From Octopus bimaculoides (lineage: Eukaryota): a stretch of DNA of 64,000 bases. The translations under genes were made by a program, and so were the position numbers. Positions 23,101-38,126 of the stretch are shown in pieces. Under the pieces are notes generated by a model, which saw nothing but the letters and a program-made list of their open reading frames with translations, was not told the DNA's origin and made no database searches. The stretch covers positions 41,173,359 through 41,237,358 of the forward strand of contig NC_068995.1 of NCBI RefSeq assembly GCF_001194135.2, read 5' to 3'. How positions within the stretch are numbered: position 1 is the stretch's first letter; each line of letters opens with the position of its first letter.

Positions 23101-26100
23101 GGCGAACCCTGCTGTAGTCTTTCACCACAACTTTCTCTCACTCTTACTTCCCGTTGCTGTTGTGCCTGTAATTCAAAGGGTCAGCCTTGTCACACTGTGT
23201 CACGCTGAATATCCCCGAGAACTACGTTAAGGGTACACGTGTCTGTGGAGTGCTCAGCCACTTGCACATTAATTTCACGAGCAGGCTGTTCCGTTGATCG
23301 GATCAACTGGAACCCTCGACATCATAAGCGACGGAGTGCCAACAACAACAACAAGTCATCAGAATAGTGAGTTGAACTCCTGCTCAGTTTGAACTCAGAA
23401 TGTTAGGAGATGGACAAAATAGTGTCTGGGTATTTAATCATTTAATCTACCGCTTGACCACCTCTACCATTCCACTGCACTCTGTCACTTCCATCAACAT
23501 CATTCTTAATCTATCATTTAATGCGTGCGTCTAAGGTTGGGTCTTCCTGTTTCATTCTTATTCCATATGAATGTGTACATTTGCTGCTGATATAGATGTT
23601 TTGTTACCTGTTGTATTGACTGGTTGTGATGTTTGTGATGGTGTTGTATTGATGGTTGGTTTGTCTGGTGGTGAGCAGTTAAATCTTTTGTATTGACTAT
23701 AGTGTGGTTTATATTTGAGACATGGAATATCAAATATTGAAATATTCCTGTATAAGTTGTTTTACTTTTTTTTTTTTTTTATAAATGTTAATTAGTTTTT
23801 AATCCAAATAATGTTTGTTACATAATTACAATTAGGTTTTCTTTTGTTGGTGTTTTTTTGTTTTTTTTTTTTTACTTTTTGTGTCTGTCTTATTTGTTAA
23901 TTCTGGGTGAAGTGTTTGTTGCATTATTTAATGATATATTTAGGAAATCTTTGTTTTTCCCCTCTTCACAGCACACAAAGGGCTCTTAGTTTTATCTTCA
24001 TCATCATCGTCATCATTTAACATCTGTGTTCCATGCTAGCATGTGTGAGATAGTAGCACAAGAGCCGGCCAGGCCGAAGCCTGCACCAGGCTTCTGTGAC
24101 TGTTTTGGCAGGATTTTTACAGCTGGATGCCCTTCCTAACACCAACCACTCAACAGAGTTCTGTAGGTGATAAATATACAGAGAATATTCTCATCAGCTG
24201 AATTCAAATTTATCAGTTTTATTCCTTATGTATCTTTTCTAACAAGCTTCTGGTGAAAAGCTTTTGTTCCCATTTCCATAGCCAAGAAATTCGTAACTTC
24301 CAGTTCAAGAAAGACCTGGAAGGAATTATCAAGGTCTTGTCTGGACAAATCCCCATATCTTGACACTTGATAGAAAGGTGTTAATGATTAAATATAGTTG
24401 TCTATAGAATTATAAGGCTTAGATACTGAATGGAAAACTGCTTTTGTAAATGATGATGACTCGTCATTTGAGAAGATTTGTCAATACAAATGAAACCGTA
24501 GTCTCCGCCAATGCTAGTATCGTGGAACTGGCACCTGTGTTGGTGGCACATAAAAAGGAACCATTTACACTCTTGGGGTAGTTGGTGTTAGGAAGGGCAT
24601 CCAGCCATAGAAAACCATGTTAAATCAGATTGGAGGATGATGATGATGATTCTTTTGTATTTGATCTTAATTCCTTCAAAATAGTCTGCTTATCTCCCAC
24701 AGGATAGCGAGCAATGTCTATTTGCTTCAGTAGAATCCACAGTGGATCATCTAACTTTACCCCTTGTAACTTAAACTTAGCTTGGGCCAACAACTCTACC
24801 GCTGGTTGTTATGAAATTTAGAATCTAACTCTTTACCCCCATTGCAGGCTCTTACATGACTCATAAAATTACTAATCAATGAAAATCCTGCTACTGTGTC
24901 AGATGACAAGGACTCAATACTTCATACATGTGACATTTGTACACGGACTTTTTCAAGAATATACAGAAAGTATAAAAAAGGCAGACTTTGTGTGTTTACT
25001 CAAGCTGTGAACAATAACTACTAAATCTTCTTTAAACCATACCCTGTTGTCTTAAAAAGCGAACATATTGAATATTGTAGTCTTAGGTAGACAGTATCTG
25101 AATACAAAACAAGATGGGATAGTTATCACTACAGCATCTTTGAGCATAGGTCTGCTCTGTCGGTATTGACTCAGAACTAAACAACAGCAACTCTTGGAGG
25201 CAGCAGATCTGTTTAGCATGAAGCTAGAATTATCTGTGGCCCTGGAGGAAGTGATGTGACTCTACATACATCAGTTTTTACTTACTGTAATTTCTGCCAG
25301 AGGTGACATAAATGCTAGAATGGAGATAATATAATTCTTCATATTTACTATCTTTTATTGATGTTGTTCCCACCTGTTATGGTTTTTATGTTTGATATTC
25401 ATTTGTGAGTCTTAAGTTGCTGGATTATTGACCACAAAATCAAGAGTTTAAATGTTACTGTTGCCACTTTGTATTCTCTCTGTCCAAGATGCCTAACTAT
25501 GTTGATTCAAGATTGTGTGACAATGTGGAAAAGCCTGGTTCTATCTTTGATCCCCCCTTTTTTATAAATATATTCATATTTATTACCAGCATTTAAAATT
25601 CATCTTTTCATGCTTGCATATATAAGATCACTCCTCCCCCCCCATACACACATACATATTAGAATGGTACTCAAAGGGCTTAGGTTTTAATTATTCAGGA
25701 ATCTCTTGAAAATATGCTTGTTGTCTTCTAGTTAGAAGCCAAGTGGTTGCTATAGAGATGAGAGGACATCCTCCTGTCATGTATTTATGGCTTCTTCGCA
25801 TCAGATACCTGGGAACTTTTGCCTTCTTCACAATTTAGTATAAATTTAAGGGGAAAGAAATTATTGATGCTGTTAATGGTGTGGAGAAACAAGCAACGAA
25901 ACACATGGTTCCGAGTTCTGTTCCACTGCATGCCATCTTGGGGAGGTGTCTTCTTCTATAGCTTTGGGCTGACCAAAGCCTTGTGAGTGGATTTGGTAGA
26001 CAAAAACCAAAGGAACCTGTTGTGCACGTGTGTGTGTGTGTGTGTGTGTGCATTTGTCCCCCTCCACTGCTTAACGGCAAAAAAAAGATTGATAGACTGT

Positions 26101-29100
26101 GTACTNNNNNNNNNNNNNNNNNNNNNNNNNNNNNNNNNNNNNNNNNNNNNNNNNNNNNNNNNNNNNNNNNNNNNNNNNNNNNNNNNNNNNNNTTAATAAA
26201 ATAAATACTGGGGTTGATTTGTTTCAAGTTGGTGCCCCAGCAAGGCCGCGCCCAATGACTGAAACAAGTAAACGTTAAAAGAGACACACACACACACACA
26301 CACACACACACTGTTGTAAGAAAACAAATTCATTTACTTGTTAACATGTTGTGGCTTCAGTTGTTGCTGTTGTGACATGTTGAATAGAGATAAAATGACA
26401 AGACGATTTTGTGTGTGCGCATGCGTGCATTATATTTTCATATTCTGACCATGGGTAAACTCTGATCAAAGGAAAATCTCGGTATTGTTGTTGGTCCTTA
26501 ATGCTGTGAGTGGGTTTACAGAATCTTCTAGAAAGCCTGTCTGAGATGACTTGTAGTATTTTCTTTCATCCCTCCACATTCTAGGTTCAAATTCTACCAG
26601 GATCAACTTTATTTTCATACTTCAGGATTTATCATCATCATCATTTAATGTCTGTTGTCCATGCTGGCATGAGTTGGATGGTTTGACTGGACTGGCATGC
26701 TTGAAGGCTGTGCCAGGCTCCAGTCTGATTTGGCATGGTTTTCTATAGCTGGATGCCTTTCCTAATGCCAACCACTCCGAAAGTGTAATGGGTGCTTTTA
26801 CGTGCCACTAGCGCAGGTGCCATTTGCATGACACCAATATCTGCCATGATTGCAATTTTGCTGAGCTTGATGGGTCTTCTTTTCAAGCACAACATAATGC
26901 CAAAGGTATTGGTCATTGCCTCCATGGGGCCCAAAGCCTGAAAGGAACCAGCCACATAATGTTATCAGGGTATATTTCAATTAAGTTTCCAAATTATAGC
27001 AAAGAATCTAAAACGACAATCAATAAAGTAATTGTAACATCTGTCTTTAATTTTTTGTTCTGCTTCTTTGTGAAGATGTGTAGTCTAGGGGTAAGGGTGT
27101 TTGTTTCACAGTCATAAGGTCCATGGGTTCAATTCCTCTACTGGGGAGAAAACATTGTGTCCTTGAGCAACGACACTTTATTTCATGTTGCTACATCAGT
27201 CTACTCGGCTGTAAATGAGGACCACCATTGCAGTGCTGGTGCAGGTCTCTCTCCCTCCAGTTGTCACACCCTGAATGTTCTGCTGGGGAAAGAGTGAAGG
27301 GAACTGATAGAGAGAGAGAGAGAGAGAGAGTGTGTGTTGATGTCTACCTGAGACTACAGAGACACTTGGTTTTTGTTCTGAAGTTATGTTGTGTTGTTTG
27401 TGCCTTCTCAAGCCATGCCTGGCTCATTAGGGCCGGTTTCATTGGTGTTTAGGTTCCCCATGTGTAAGGGACGCCGGTCAGTCTCAGATGAGCTGCTTAG
27501 ATGCAGGAGGAAAGAGTGAGAGAAAGTTGTGGCAAAAGAGTCAGCAGAAGTTCACCATCACCTTCTGCCAGAGCCACATGGAGCTTAGTTGTTTCGCTCA
27601 CAAACACACACATTGCCTGATCTGAGATTCGAACCTGTGATCCCGCGACCGCGATTCTGCTGTTCTAGCCACTAGGCCATGTGCCTCCATGTTCTGAAGC
27701 TATACTCGCTCCCAAGTGATAGCTGGCTTCTACCATAAACTCTATTTTCTTCCTAAGTTGGTGTTTGGATCACAAACTGTTCAGTCAAATCATGCTGGAA
27801 TTTTTATCTCAGGAGTTATTTAGTCTCAGAATCATCATCATCATCATCGTTTAACGTCCGCTTTCCATGCTAGCATGGGTTGGACGATTGACTGAGGACT
27901 GGTGGACCAGGAGGCAACACCAGGCTCCAATCTGATTTGGCAGAGTTTCTAATGCCAACCACTCCGAGAGTGTAGTGGGTGCTTTTACGTGCCACCGGCA
28001 CGAGGGCCAGTCAGGCGGGTACTAGCGTCGGCCACGCTCGAAATGGTGTATTTTATGTGCCACCTGCACAGGTGCCAGTCCATCGGCACTGGCAATGATC
28101 TCGCTCGAAAGTCTTTTCACGTGCCAGGAAGGCGACGTTGGTAAAAGTGTCATATCCATAACTTTCCATTTTCCTCAGACTACATTACCATTTTACCTTC
28201 CGCACTTACCACAAACAGTATAAATAAGTCACTTCACAAATAACGTGTCTAGCCCACTTTTAACTAAATACAAGTTCTCTATTCACTCTTCTTTGTATTA
28301 AATATCTAACACCACTTGTTCAAATTATTAGTGTAATACTCCAGTTGTTAACTTGTTATACACTTATATTATACTTATATCCCTTCTCTTTGTTTATTTG
28401 TATCTTCTTCCTTTATTATTCTTCTTCTTATTATTGTTCGTGTTGTTGTTCTCTGATGGTTCTGTTTCGTACATTTTCTAAAATTTTCTTTTCAACCAAC
28501 CATTCTTTGATTTTTACCTGTTCTACACCATTATAATCTTTTAATTCTTTCTGTATGGTTTACACTCTGCATGCATGATTCCAGTTAGTGTCAGTGGTAT
28601 TTAAGTTATTATTATTATTATTTATTATTATTATTGTTGTTGTTATTCTTTATTCGTTGTTATCGTTGATTTTAATATTATTAGGGCAGTGGACAACTGA
28701 ATTGAGAAGAGGTTCGACACCAAATATTATTCTATTGTCCTTTACATTCCAAATTCAGATCTTGCTGGTCTGATTAAACCAACCATGCCCTTCTGTAAAT
28801 ATGTGTCCTTGTGTCTTTATTAGTGGTCAGTGGATGGATAAATCATCTGACCATCAGACTAACTGCTCTGCAGTATTTTATCACACCTTTATGTTGCTAC
28901 ATCAGTCTACTCGGCTGTAAATGAGGACCACCATTGCAGTGCTGGTGCAGGTCTCTCTCCCTCCAGTTGTCACACCCTGAATGTTCTGCTGGGGAAAGAG
29001 TGAAGGGAACTGATAGAGAGAGAGAGAGAGAGTGTGTGTTGATGTCTACCTGAGACTACAGGTGGCACATAAAATACACCATTTCGAGCGTGGCCGACGC

Positions 29101-32100
29101 TAGTACCCGCCTGACTGGCCCTCGTGCAGGTGGCACGTAAAAGCACCCACTACACTCTCGGAGTGGTTGGCATTAGAAACTCTGCCAAATCAGATTGGAG
29201 CCTGGTGTTGCCTCCTGGTCCACCAGTCCTCAGTCAATCGTCCAACCCATGTTAGTTCAAATCCCAGTAGGGTTGACCTTGTCAGTTATTTATCGGGTTG
29301 AAAGAGTACATATCAATCGCACACTGGGGTTAACACAGTCTTCTTCTTTCCACCAGATGGCGTGGCTGTATATCTATGTCAGAAACAATTATAATTACTG
29401 AGTTTAGTTCCGACAAGAGTTTCAGGAACATCAGAGCTTCAGACTAAATACCTTACAGTATCTACTTAAGTTCTGGGTTCAAACCCCACCAACACTTTAT
29501 TACAAACTTTATTTGTAACGCTGTTTGTTCTTTCTTGAGCCATGCCTGGCTCATAAGGGCCAGTTTCCCGGTTTCATTGGCGTATAGGTTCCCCACCTGG
29601 ACAGGATGCCAGTCCATCTCAGGTGAGCTGCTAGATGCAGGAGGAAAGAGTGAGAGAAGGTTGTGGCGAAAGTTCACCATTACCTTCTGCTGGAGTCGCG
29701 TAGAGCTGCGAGTCCACTGCTCTAACCACTAGACCATGTGCATCCACTGGTCTGATAAAGTAGGTACCAGTAATATACTGAGGTCAATTCAGCTAATTAT
29801 GCCCCCCCTCCCTTCATCTTCCTATTTGATTGTGGGTTGGCGCCAATCTGACAAACTATTACTCTCTTTTACTTGTTTCAGTCATTTGACTGCGGCCATG
29901 CTGGAGCACCATCTTTAGTCGAGCAAATCGACCCCAGGACTTATTTTTTGTAAGCCTAGTACTTATTCTATCTGTTTCTTTTGCCGAACCGCTAAGTTAC
30001 GGGGACGTAAACACACCACCATCGGTTGTCAAGCGATGGTGGGGGGGGGGGGACAAACACAGACACACAAACACACATACATATATATATATATACGACG
30101 AGCTTCTTTCAGTTTCCGTCTACCAAATCCACTCTCAAGGCTTTGGTCGGCCCGAGGCTATAGTAGAAGACACTTGCCCAAGGTGCCACGCAGTGGGACT
30201 GAACCCGGAACCATGTGGTTGGTAAGCAAGCTACTTAACCACACAGCCACTCCTGCACCTATTCTATATTTTTAAAGTTTTGTAGATATTAAAATTGGTT
30301 GAGCAACAGACATAATGCTTTGTGCTATTTAATTATGTCTCTTTATGTTCTAAGTTCAAATCTCACTGAAGTTAACTTCAAGTTTAATTTCTCAGACTTG
30401 TGGGTGAGGGTAACATTAGAATTAGTAAATGAGTACTAGGGTGACTAGGGAGGTCACCCTAACACCCACCACCCAATAAAAAAATTCCTGGCTTACCTAA
30501 GAAATTATTATTTAGTATCGTTATCAGTTTTATTTTGTATTTTCTTATTTGATTTTGTTTTCATTTTTCTCTGTAAATATTTCTTCCTGGTTTATATTAA
30601 CGAATTCATGTTAAAATATTTGAGTTATTCACATTGATTCCTATTTTCCCTGTGTCTAATTATCTACACACTGCTTACATTTTACTGTATATTTATTTAT
30701 ATATGTTTAAACTGGCCCTTTTTCCTTTCCCCTGCCATACTGGTAGGTATAATCCTGTGCTTTGTGCTTACCCCAGTTCTTTTTAAAATGCCAAGTACAC
30801 CTGAGAAAATATGTCTCCTGGAATAGAACACCTATCGTTGGTTATAAATTTTTGTCTGTGGATGCAGGATTTGAACTCAGCACTAGGCTGTCACTAAGCT
30901 CCTCTCAGTAATACAGTGGGTGTCTATCCTACTGCCAACAAAAGTGATCTGCACCTCCACATGGTACCTATTTGTAAGCTTATGGAGTGAGGGTCTTCAG
31001 TATCTTTGTAGACGGAGCAACAGAAATCCAGTCAAACACTCAAATAATCCATTGATACTGGTGCTATGTATACAGCTGTAACCCTCAGATATTGGTGGTA
31101 TTGTTTATACTTCACTTTTGTAATTAGGGATAACATAGCATAATTAAAACATATTTCATTGACTCGCACTGCCCTTCTTGTGAAACAGCCAACTTGACCC
31201 AGCAAAGTTAATGTGGCTTGACCAGTAAGATTTGAACTCATGATCTAGTGGTCTGTGGTCCACTATTTTAACCATAACAAACCAAGCCTTTAATTCCCAG
31301 AAGTCCTGTCTCACTTTATATTCTCTATGTACACCTTGTGCTTCCCTACCATCGTTAATAGTGCAGAAGGAGGAAGGACTCTGCTATAGTTTGTGGTTCC
31401 TAAACTTGTTTGGCCTGCTGCCCTCGTGGCACATGAGCCCCATTCCTATCATGCCCACCACCATCATGAACATGGAACACTTTCTGCAGCAAATTCCTAA
31501 CAACTGTATTTCACAAACAAAACTTAACCTAATTAACCCATTATTTCATTGTTCTGGCCACCCCATCCNNNNNNNNNNNNNNNNNNNNNNNNNNNNNNCC
31601 CCCCCAGATCATTCCACTGCTCACAGTGGGGTGGTACCACCCTCTTCCAGAACCACCAGTTTATATCATCATCATCATCATCATCAACATGTTTCTTTTT
31701 CTTACCTGGTATTTGTTGGGTGGTTCAAGTGCACAGCATCTTCCAAAATGCAGGTTTGTGGTTGTGGTTTTGAATTGGTGGTGTGATTCTGAAGAGTAAG
31801 ATGCCATATCTTTCTGCAACTGTTGTGATTAATTTAGGCATGTTTGTTTTGGTACCAATGCTGGAAGTGTTTTCTTTCTCTTTTGGGGTCCTCTCCACCT
31901 TCTGGGTGTCGTGCCGGTTATAAGTTACCACTGGCCGAAACAAAACTAAAAAGATGTGTTTGTTATGTATATCAGTGTAGAGGTAATTCTACTAGAGATA
32001 GTTAGGGTGGCAATTGCATTCATTTAGCTTGTTCAGAAGGATGGAGAACTTTATAGTAGTGGTAGAAGAGACAGGGAGAGGACACAATGTATGTGAGCAT

Positions 32101-33486
32101 GTGGTGGTTGTAGTTGAAAGTACAAGAGAGAGAGAGAAGGTGCAGTATGTCTTTGAGTCAGTGGCTGTTGTAGTAGGAGTAAATGAGACAACAGTATGTG
32201 ATCCTGTGGGTATTGTAGAAGTAGAAGAGACTAGCAGAGGACACTATGTCTGTGATCCAGTGGGTATTGTAGAAGAGACAAGGCAAGGACACTATGTCTG
32301 TGAGCCTGTGGCTGTTGTGGAGGAGGTATAAGAGACAAGGTTGAAGAGACATGGCAGTGAGCTAGCAGAAACATTAGCATGCCGGGCGAAATGCTTAGCG
32401 GTATTTCGTCTGCCGTTATGTTCTGAGTTCAAATTCCGCCGAGGTTGACTTTGCCTTTCAACCTTTCGGGGTCGATTAAATAAATACCAGTTACGCACTG
32501 GGGTCGATGTAATCGACTTAATCCCTTTGTCTGTTCTTGTTTCTCCCTTCTATGTTTAGCCCCTTGTGGGCAATAAAGAAATAAGAAGAGACAAGGAGAG
32601 GACACTGTGTCTGTGAGCCTCTGGGTATTGTAGAAGTGGTAGGAGAGACAAGGAATACCCTTTTCTTTTAGTGATGATATTCTTGTAGGGGCACCTAAAC
32701 TTTCCAGATTTTGTGGCTGGCTAACATCCTCCTCATGTTGTAGTAGGCTGTGGCTGTCTTCTGTCTCCTCCTTTTGTCTGTACTGTTGTTTCCATGTTAT
32801 GGTTGAATCATTTTGAGATTTTAGGGGAGTTACAAGTTTTGGTTGTGTGAAGGAAGTGAAGCGACTTGCTTGAGGGTTCGGTTTTGCGCCGACCCGCCAT
32901 CTTCATCAATTAGGTATGAAGTGAAGTGATTGATATTTCTTATTCGTCTGTATGTGTATGTCTCTATGCACATGTGCATATATCTCTCTATGTGAGTACG
33001 TGTATGAATATTTGTGTGTTTGTGTATATATACATATGTATGTATATTATCATATACACTCATGCATGGAGTTTTTTCTTTCCTCTACTTAATACAACAA
33101 ACCTTCCTTCATTGGTTCTTTCTCCCTGGGTATCTTTTTTCAACACTACCTTCTTTTCCCTCATCCTCCTCTTCCTCTGTCTGTCTGTCTGTCTGTATGT
33201 CCCCTTCTCTCTCCATGTAAACTTACATCGAACTAAACCCGAAACAATGAATGAATCGACGCTCGTTGGTTTATATTTTCCAGGCAAATGAAATTGCCTT
33301 TATCAACTCTTTGGAGGCTCAAAACAAGAGGCATGACATTCTCTCGAAGCACCAGGAGTCTGAAGCCAGATTGCAGGACATGCAAGTAGGTGCACCAACT
33401 TGCAGCTTTGGGGAGGTTGGGGATCACTCACACAACACATGCACGAACGTATGTTTGTCTGTGTGTGTGTGTGTGTGCGTATATAC

Positions 33487-33533
<47 letters not shown>

Positions 33534-33743
33534 TTTGTGAGTATATGCATGTGTGTATATATGTGTTTGAGTACATGTATTTATATATATATATGTGTGT
33601 GTGCTTGTGTATGCATTGATGCGTGTATATATGTGTGTATGTATGGGTGTATACATATATATGTATACATGTACACAAACATTACTATTACTACTATTTC
33701 AAAAATTACTGACCCTGCTGTTACTATGTCACAAATGTATCAA

Positions 33744-33774
<31 letters not shown>

Positions 33775-33832
33775 TTATTGCTGTTGCTTCTACAAACACC
33801 ACCATGGCTACTAATTAATGTCATATTATTAC

Positions 33833-33863
<31 letters not shown>

Positions 33864-34938
33864 TCCACCACCACAACCTCTCTTGCTTGTTGATAGAGTT
33901 AATGTTTTAGTTGTAATCATTTCTAGAGAAGTGGGTAAAAAACTTATATATGGCTTCTTGTTTGTGTGTCCCTTACTTGGAAACAAGGTTTGTTGACAGG
34001 GTTAGGGTGTCCCACTGTAGAATACAGCTTCAACCAGATTTATCCAACTCGGACCAGGATGGAAACTATGAGCATAAGAATGATGAAGTTACATGATGTT
34101 CTTAGATTGATAAATCTCAAAGTGTACTTGGTTATGTGTCAAATGGTAAGGGATATTACTTTGTCAGCATCACAGTTGTTTGGCACTGCTAAAGGGAGTG
34201 ATACTGTCAGAAGGTCGTCAGACCATTGTCATTTCTATTCAACATGTGATAAACTGGGTGTTCTTGAATGTAAATTATATGATAAATTGATAAATTTTAG
34301 CCTGGTTAGCTTTCATACAAATCAGAAAAATGTTTTGTTTACCGATTTCTATATCAGAACAAGCATTTCCAGCTTGGCTCAGAACATCTGCTGTATTCAT
34401 CCCTGAGGAGACTAAATCAAGTCAAAACTACTGTGTCTGGTGATCCGCCAGGGTTCTGAGCAAAGCCTTTGATTTTTAACACAAATCTTGTTGAGAAATT
34501 TTCTCTAAGACAAAATATTACATCAAGTGCTGTTCCATGTTGGTGTATACAGTATAAATGTTTTTATATACTCGGTTTCTTTTAGTTTCTGTTTGAGTTT
34601 CACTCACAAGGTTTTGGTTGGCCAAGGACTGTAGTCAAAGACAATTAGCCACAGTGCTGTGGGACTGAACCTGAAACCACAAGGTTGAGAAGAAATATTC
34701 TTAACCATACAGCCATGCCTGTATTTGTGCATGTGTGTGTGTATATATGACTGGCCCTCGTGCCGGTGGCACGTAAAACGCCCACTACACTCTCGGAGTG
34801 GTTGGCGTTAGGAAGAGCATCCAGCTGTAGAAACTCTGCCAAATCAGATTGGAGCCAGGTGTCGCCTCCTGGTCCACCAGTCCTCAGTCGAATCGTCCAA
34901 CCCATGCTAGCATGGAAAGCGGACGTTAAACGATGATG

Positions 34939-35036
<98 letters not shown>

Positions 35037-35670
35037 ACACACACGCACACACACATGCACATATATATTAATAATAATTATGGATCTTCCATGTTGACAT
35101 GGATAAGGTAGTTTGTCAGGATCTCATGCAGTGGTTCTCAATCAGGGTCCATGTGACCCTTGGAGGTCTATCCCGTTTTTTTGTTTTGCTAAAATTTATC
35201 TACAATAAAATTGGTTATGCTTCTGCAATATACAAAATATTTTAGCAATTTTTTTTATCCGATTCCTTATAACATTTAAATAATAAAAATGTAATAGGAA
35301 TTTTTAAACATGGAAAAAAAAATTCACAAACGTTAGGTAAAATTTAAACATGGAATGGCAATGAGGATCCATCCTTGTGAAATATGAATCAAAGGGCTCC
35401 ATATGTAGAAAATGGTTGAGAACCACTGATCTGATAGGTTGGAGGATTGCATCGTGCTCCAGTGTTTGCTTTATACTCTTTTACTCTTTTTAGCCATTTG
35501 ACTGCGGCCATGCTGGAGCACCGCCATTAGTCGAGAAAATCGACCCCAGGACTTATTCGTTGGATGCCTAGTACTTATTCTGTTGGTCTCTTTTGCCGGC
35601 CGAACCGCTAAGTTACTGGGACGTAAATACACCAGCATCGGTTGTCAAGCAATGTTGGTGGGGTCAAACA

Positions 35671-35706
<36 letters not shown>

Positions 35707-35976
35707 NNNNNNNNNNNNNNNNNNNNNNNNNNNNNNNNNNNNNNNNNNNNNNNNNNNNNNNNNNNNNNNNNNNNNNNNNNNNNNNNNNNNNNNNNNNNNN
35801 NNNNNNNNNNNNNNNNNNNNNNNNNNNNNNNNNNNNNNNNNNNNNNNNNNNNNNNNNNNNNNNNNNNNNNNNNNNNNNNNNNNNNNNNNNNNNNNNNNNN
35901 NNNNNNNNNNNNNNNNNNNNNNNNNNNNNNNNNNNNNNNNNNNNNNNNNNNNNNNNNNNNNNNNNNNNNNNNNNNN

Positions 35977-36009
<33 letters not shown>

Positions 36010-37392
36010 TACGACAGGCTTCTTTCAGTTTCTGTCTACCAAATCCACTCACAAGGCTTTGGTCGGCCCGAGGCTATAGTAGAAGACACTTGCTCAAGGT
36101 GTCACACAGTGGGAATGAACCCGGAACCATGTCGTTGGTAAGCAAGCTACTTACCACACAGCCACTCCTGCGCAACACCAACACTAATGAGGTGACTATG
36201 CAGCTTGCAAGACTAAGATCCTTTATGACTGAGTAGGGCACAGTTGAGGGTCAGCTGGCTTAATGCTAGGAGGGAAGGGTCCAGAACAGAATAAGTACCT
36301 TGCTATTGGAGTGCTCCATGGCTACTCGTATTCTAGAAGAGAGGGTGGGAGGGACTGGTGTAGAGCTGGAAAGAGGTAGTGGTGGTGAAGCATCAAGGGA
36401 GACATGCACACATGTGGCACATTTTTATTTTGGCCCAAGGGCTACATAAGTAAAATTGAATGTATTTCTGTTGTTCATACTTTACCTCAAGTCATTAAAC
36501 AAAATAAACGAATTTGGTTTGAATCAAGAATCGGAACTTGGTCAAACATTCTCCAAGAACTGGATTCTTTCTACATTCTGATCACAGCCGATAATTCTTG
36601 TATTTCCCATGAAACCAGGTATTCATGTGGTTGATATTGTTTCCACGAAATATATCACGTAATTTTATATTTAACAATCTGTTTGTCTGCATGGCTATTA
36701 TTCTATGGATAAGCTTTGGATATATTTTATTTACCTTACGATGTTTCATTTTAAATATTTTTCTTCATTTGCTCTATAGACTGTTTATATGTGTGCATAT
36801 GTATGAAAATCAGAGTCTAAGCTTTTAATATAAACGACATTATACATATATATGTGTGTATATATGGTATAAATGTATGTGTATTAGTCAATGCCTAGCT
36901 TGCGATGTATTACCGTTATACATGTATATATGAAATAAATGCATGTGTAAATGTATATATATATGTGTGTATATATAAATGTATATATTTGTGAATGTAT
37001 ATATATATCAATGGATGAGCTTTTAATGTAAATACCATAATGCATCCAGCTGTAGAAACCATGTCAAAACAGAAAATAGCGCTTGGTACATTTCTCAGGC
37101 TTGCTAGCTCTCGTCAAACCATCTGACCCATGCCAGCATGAAGAATGAATGTTAAGTGATGATGATGTATATATATGTGTGTGTGTGTGTGTGTGTATAC
37201 TCTCTCTCTTTTACTCTTTTACTTGTTTGTCATTTGACTGCGGCCATGCTGGAGCATCGCCTTTAGTCGAGAAAATCGCCCCCCCAGGACTTATTCTTTG
37301 TAAGCCTAGTACTTATTCTATCGGTCTTTTTTGCCGAACCACTAAGTTACGGGGATGTAAACACACCAGTATTGGTTGTCAAGAAATGGTGG

Positions 37393-37462
<70 letters not shown>

Positions 37463-37623
37463 GACGGGCTTCTTTCAGTTTCCATCTACCAAATCCACTC
37501 ACAAGGTTTTGGTCAGCCTGAGGCTATAGTAGAAGACACTTGCCCAAGGTGCCACAGTTGGACTGAACCCGGAACCATTTGGTTGGTAAGCAAGCTACTT
37601 ACCACACAGCCACTCCTCTGCAC

Positions 37624-37710
<87 letters not shown>

Positions 37711-38048
37711 ATTGTTAATCGGAAATCTGCAATGGCTCCATAACTACCGTTTTGGCTTGGAACCCTAGTAATCCATTACAGCACTTATCTAGCGTGCCTA
37801 ATCGTTTAGATCACCTGTAAACTATAACCACACCCCATACTTTGTGTATATATATACACACACACATATATAGGTATTGTAGATAGATAATTTATTTGGG
37901 TGAAGATGTAAACCATTACACTTGAAGTTTCCAAACATTAATGTCTTGGTTTACATAAAGAAACTCGGCAACCAACTGCTTTGATCAAATAAATTTTTTG
38001 TATGCAACTATTTGCATTGAGAACTTGTTCTCCTGTTCATTTCTACCA

Positions 38049-38126
<78 letters not shown>

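Noticed and set aside
32014-32331. 105-aa ORF with repeated VCDPVGIVEE motif
   Set aside because: It is a translation of a degenerate minisatellite that continues beyond a SINE insertion.
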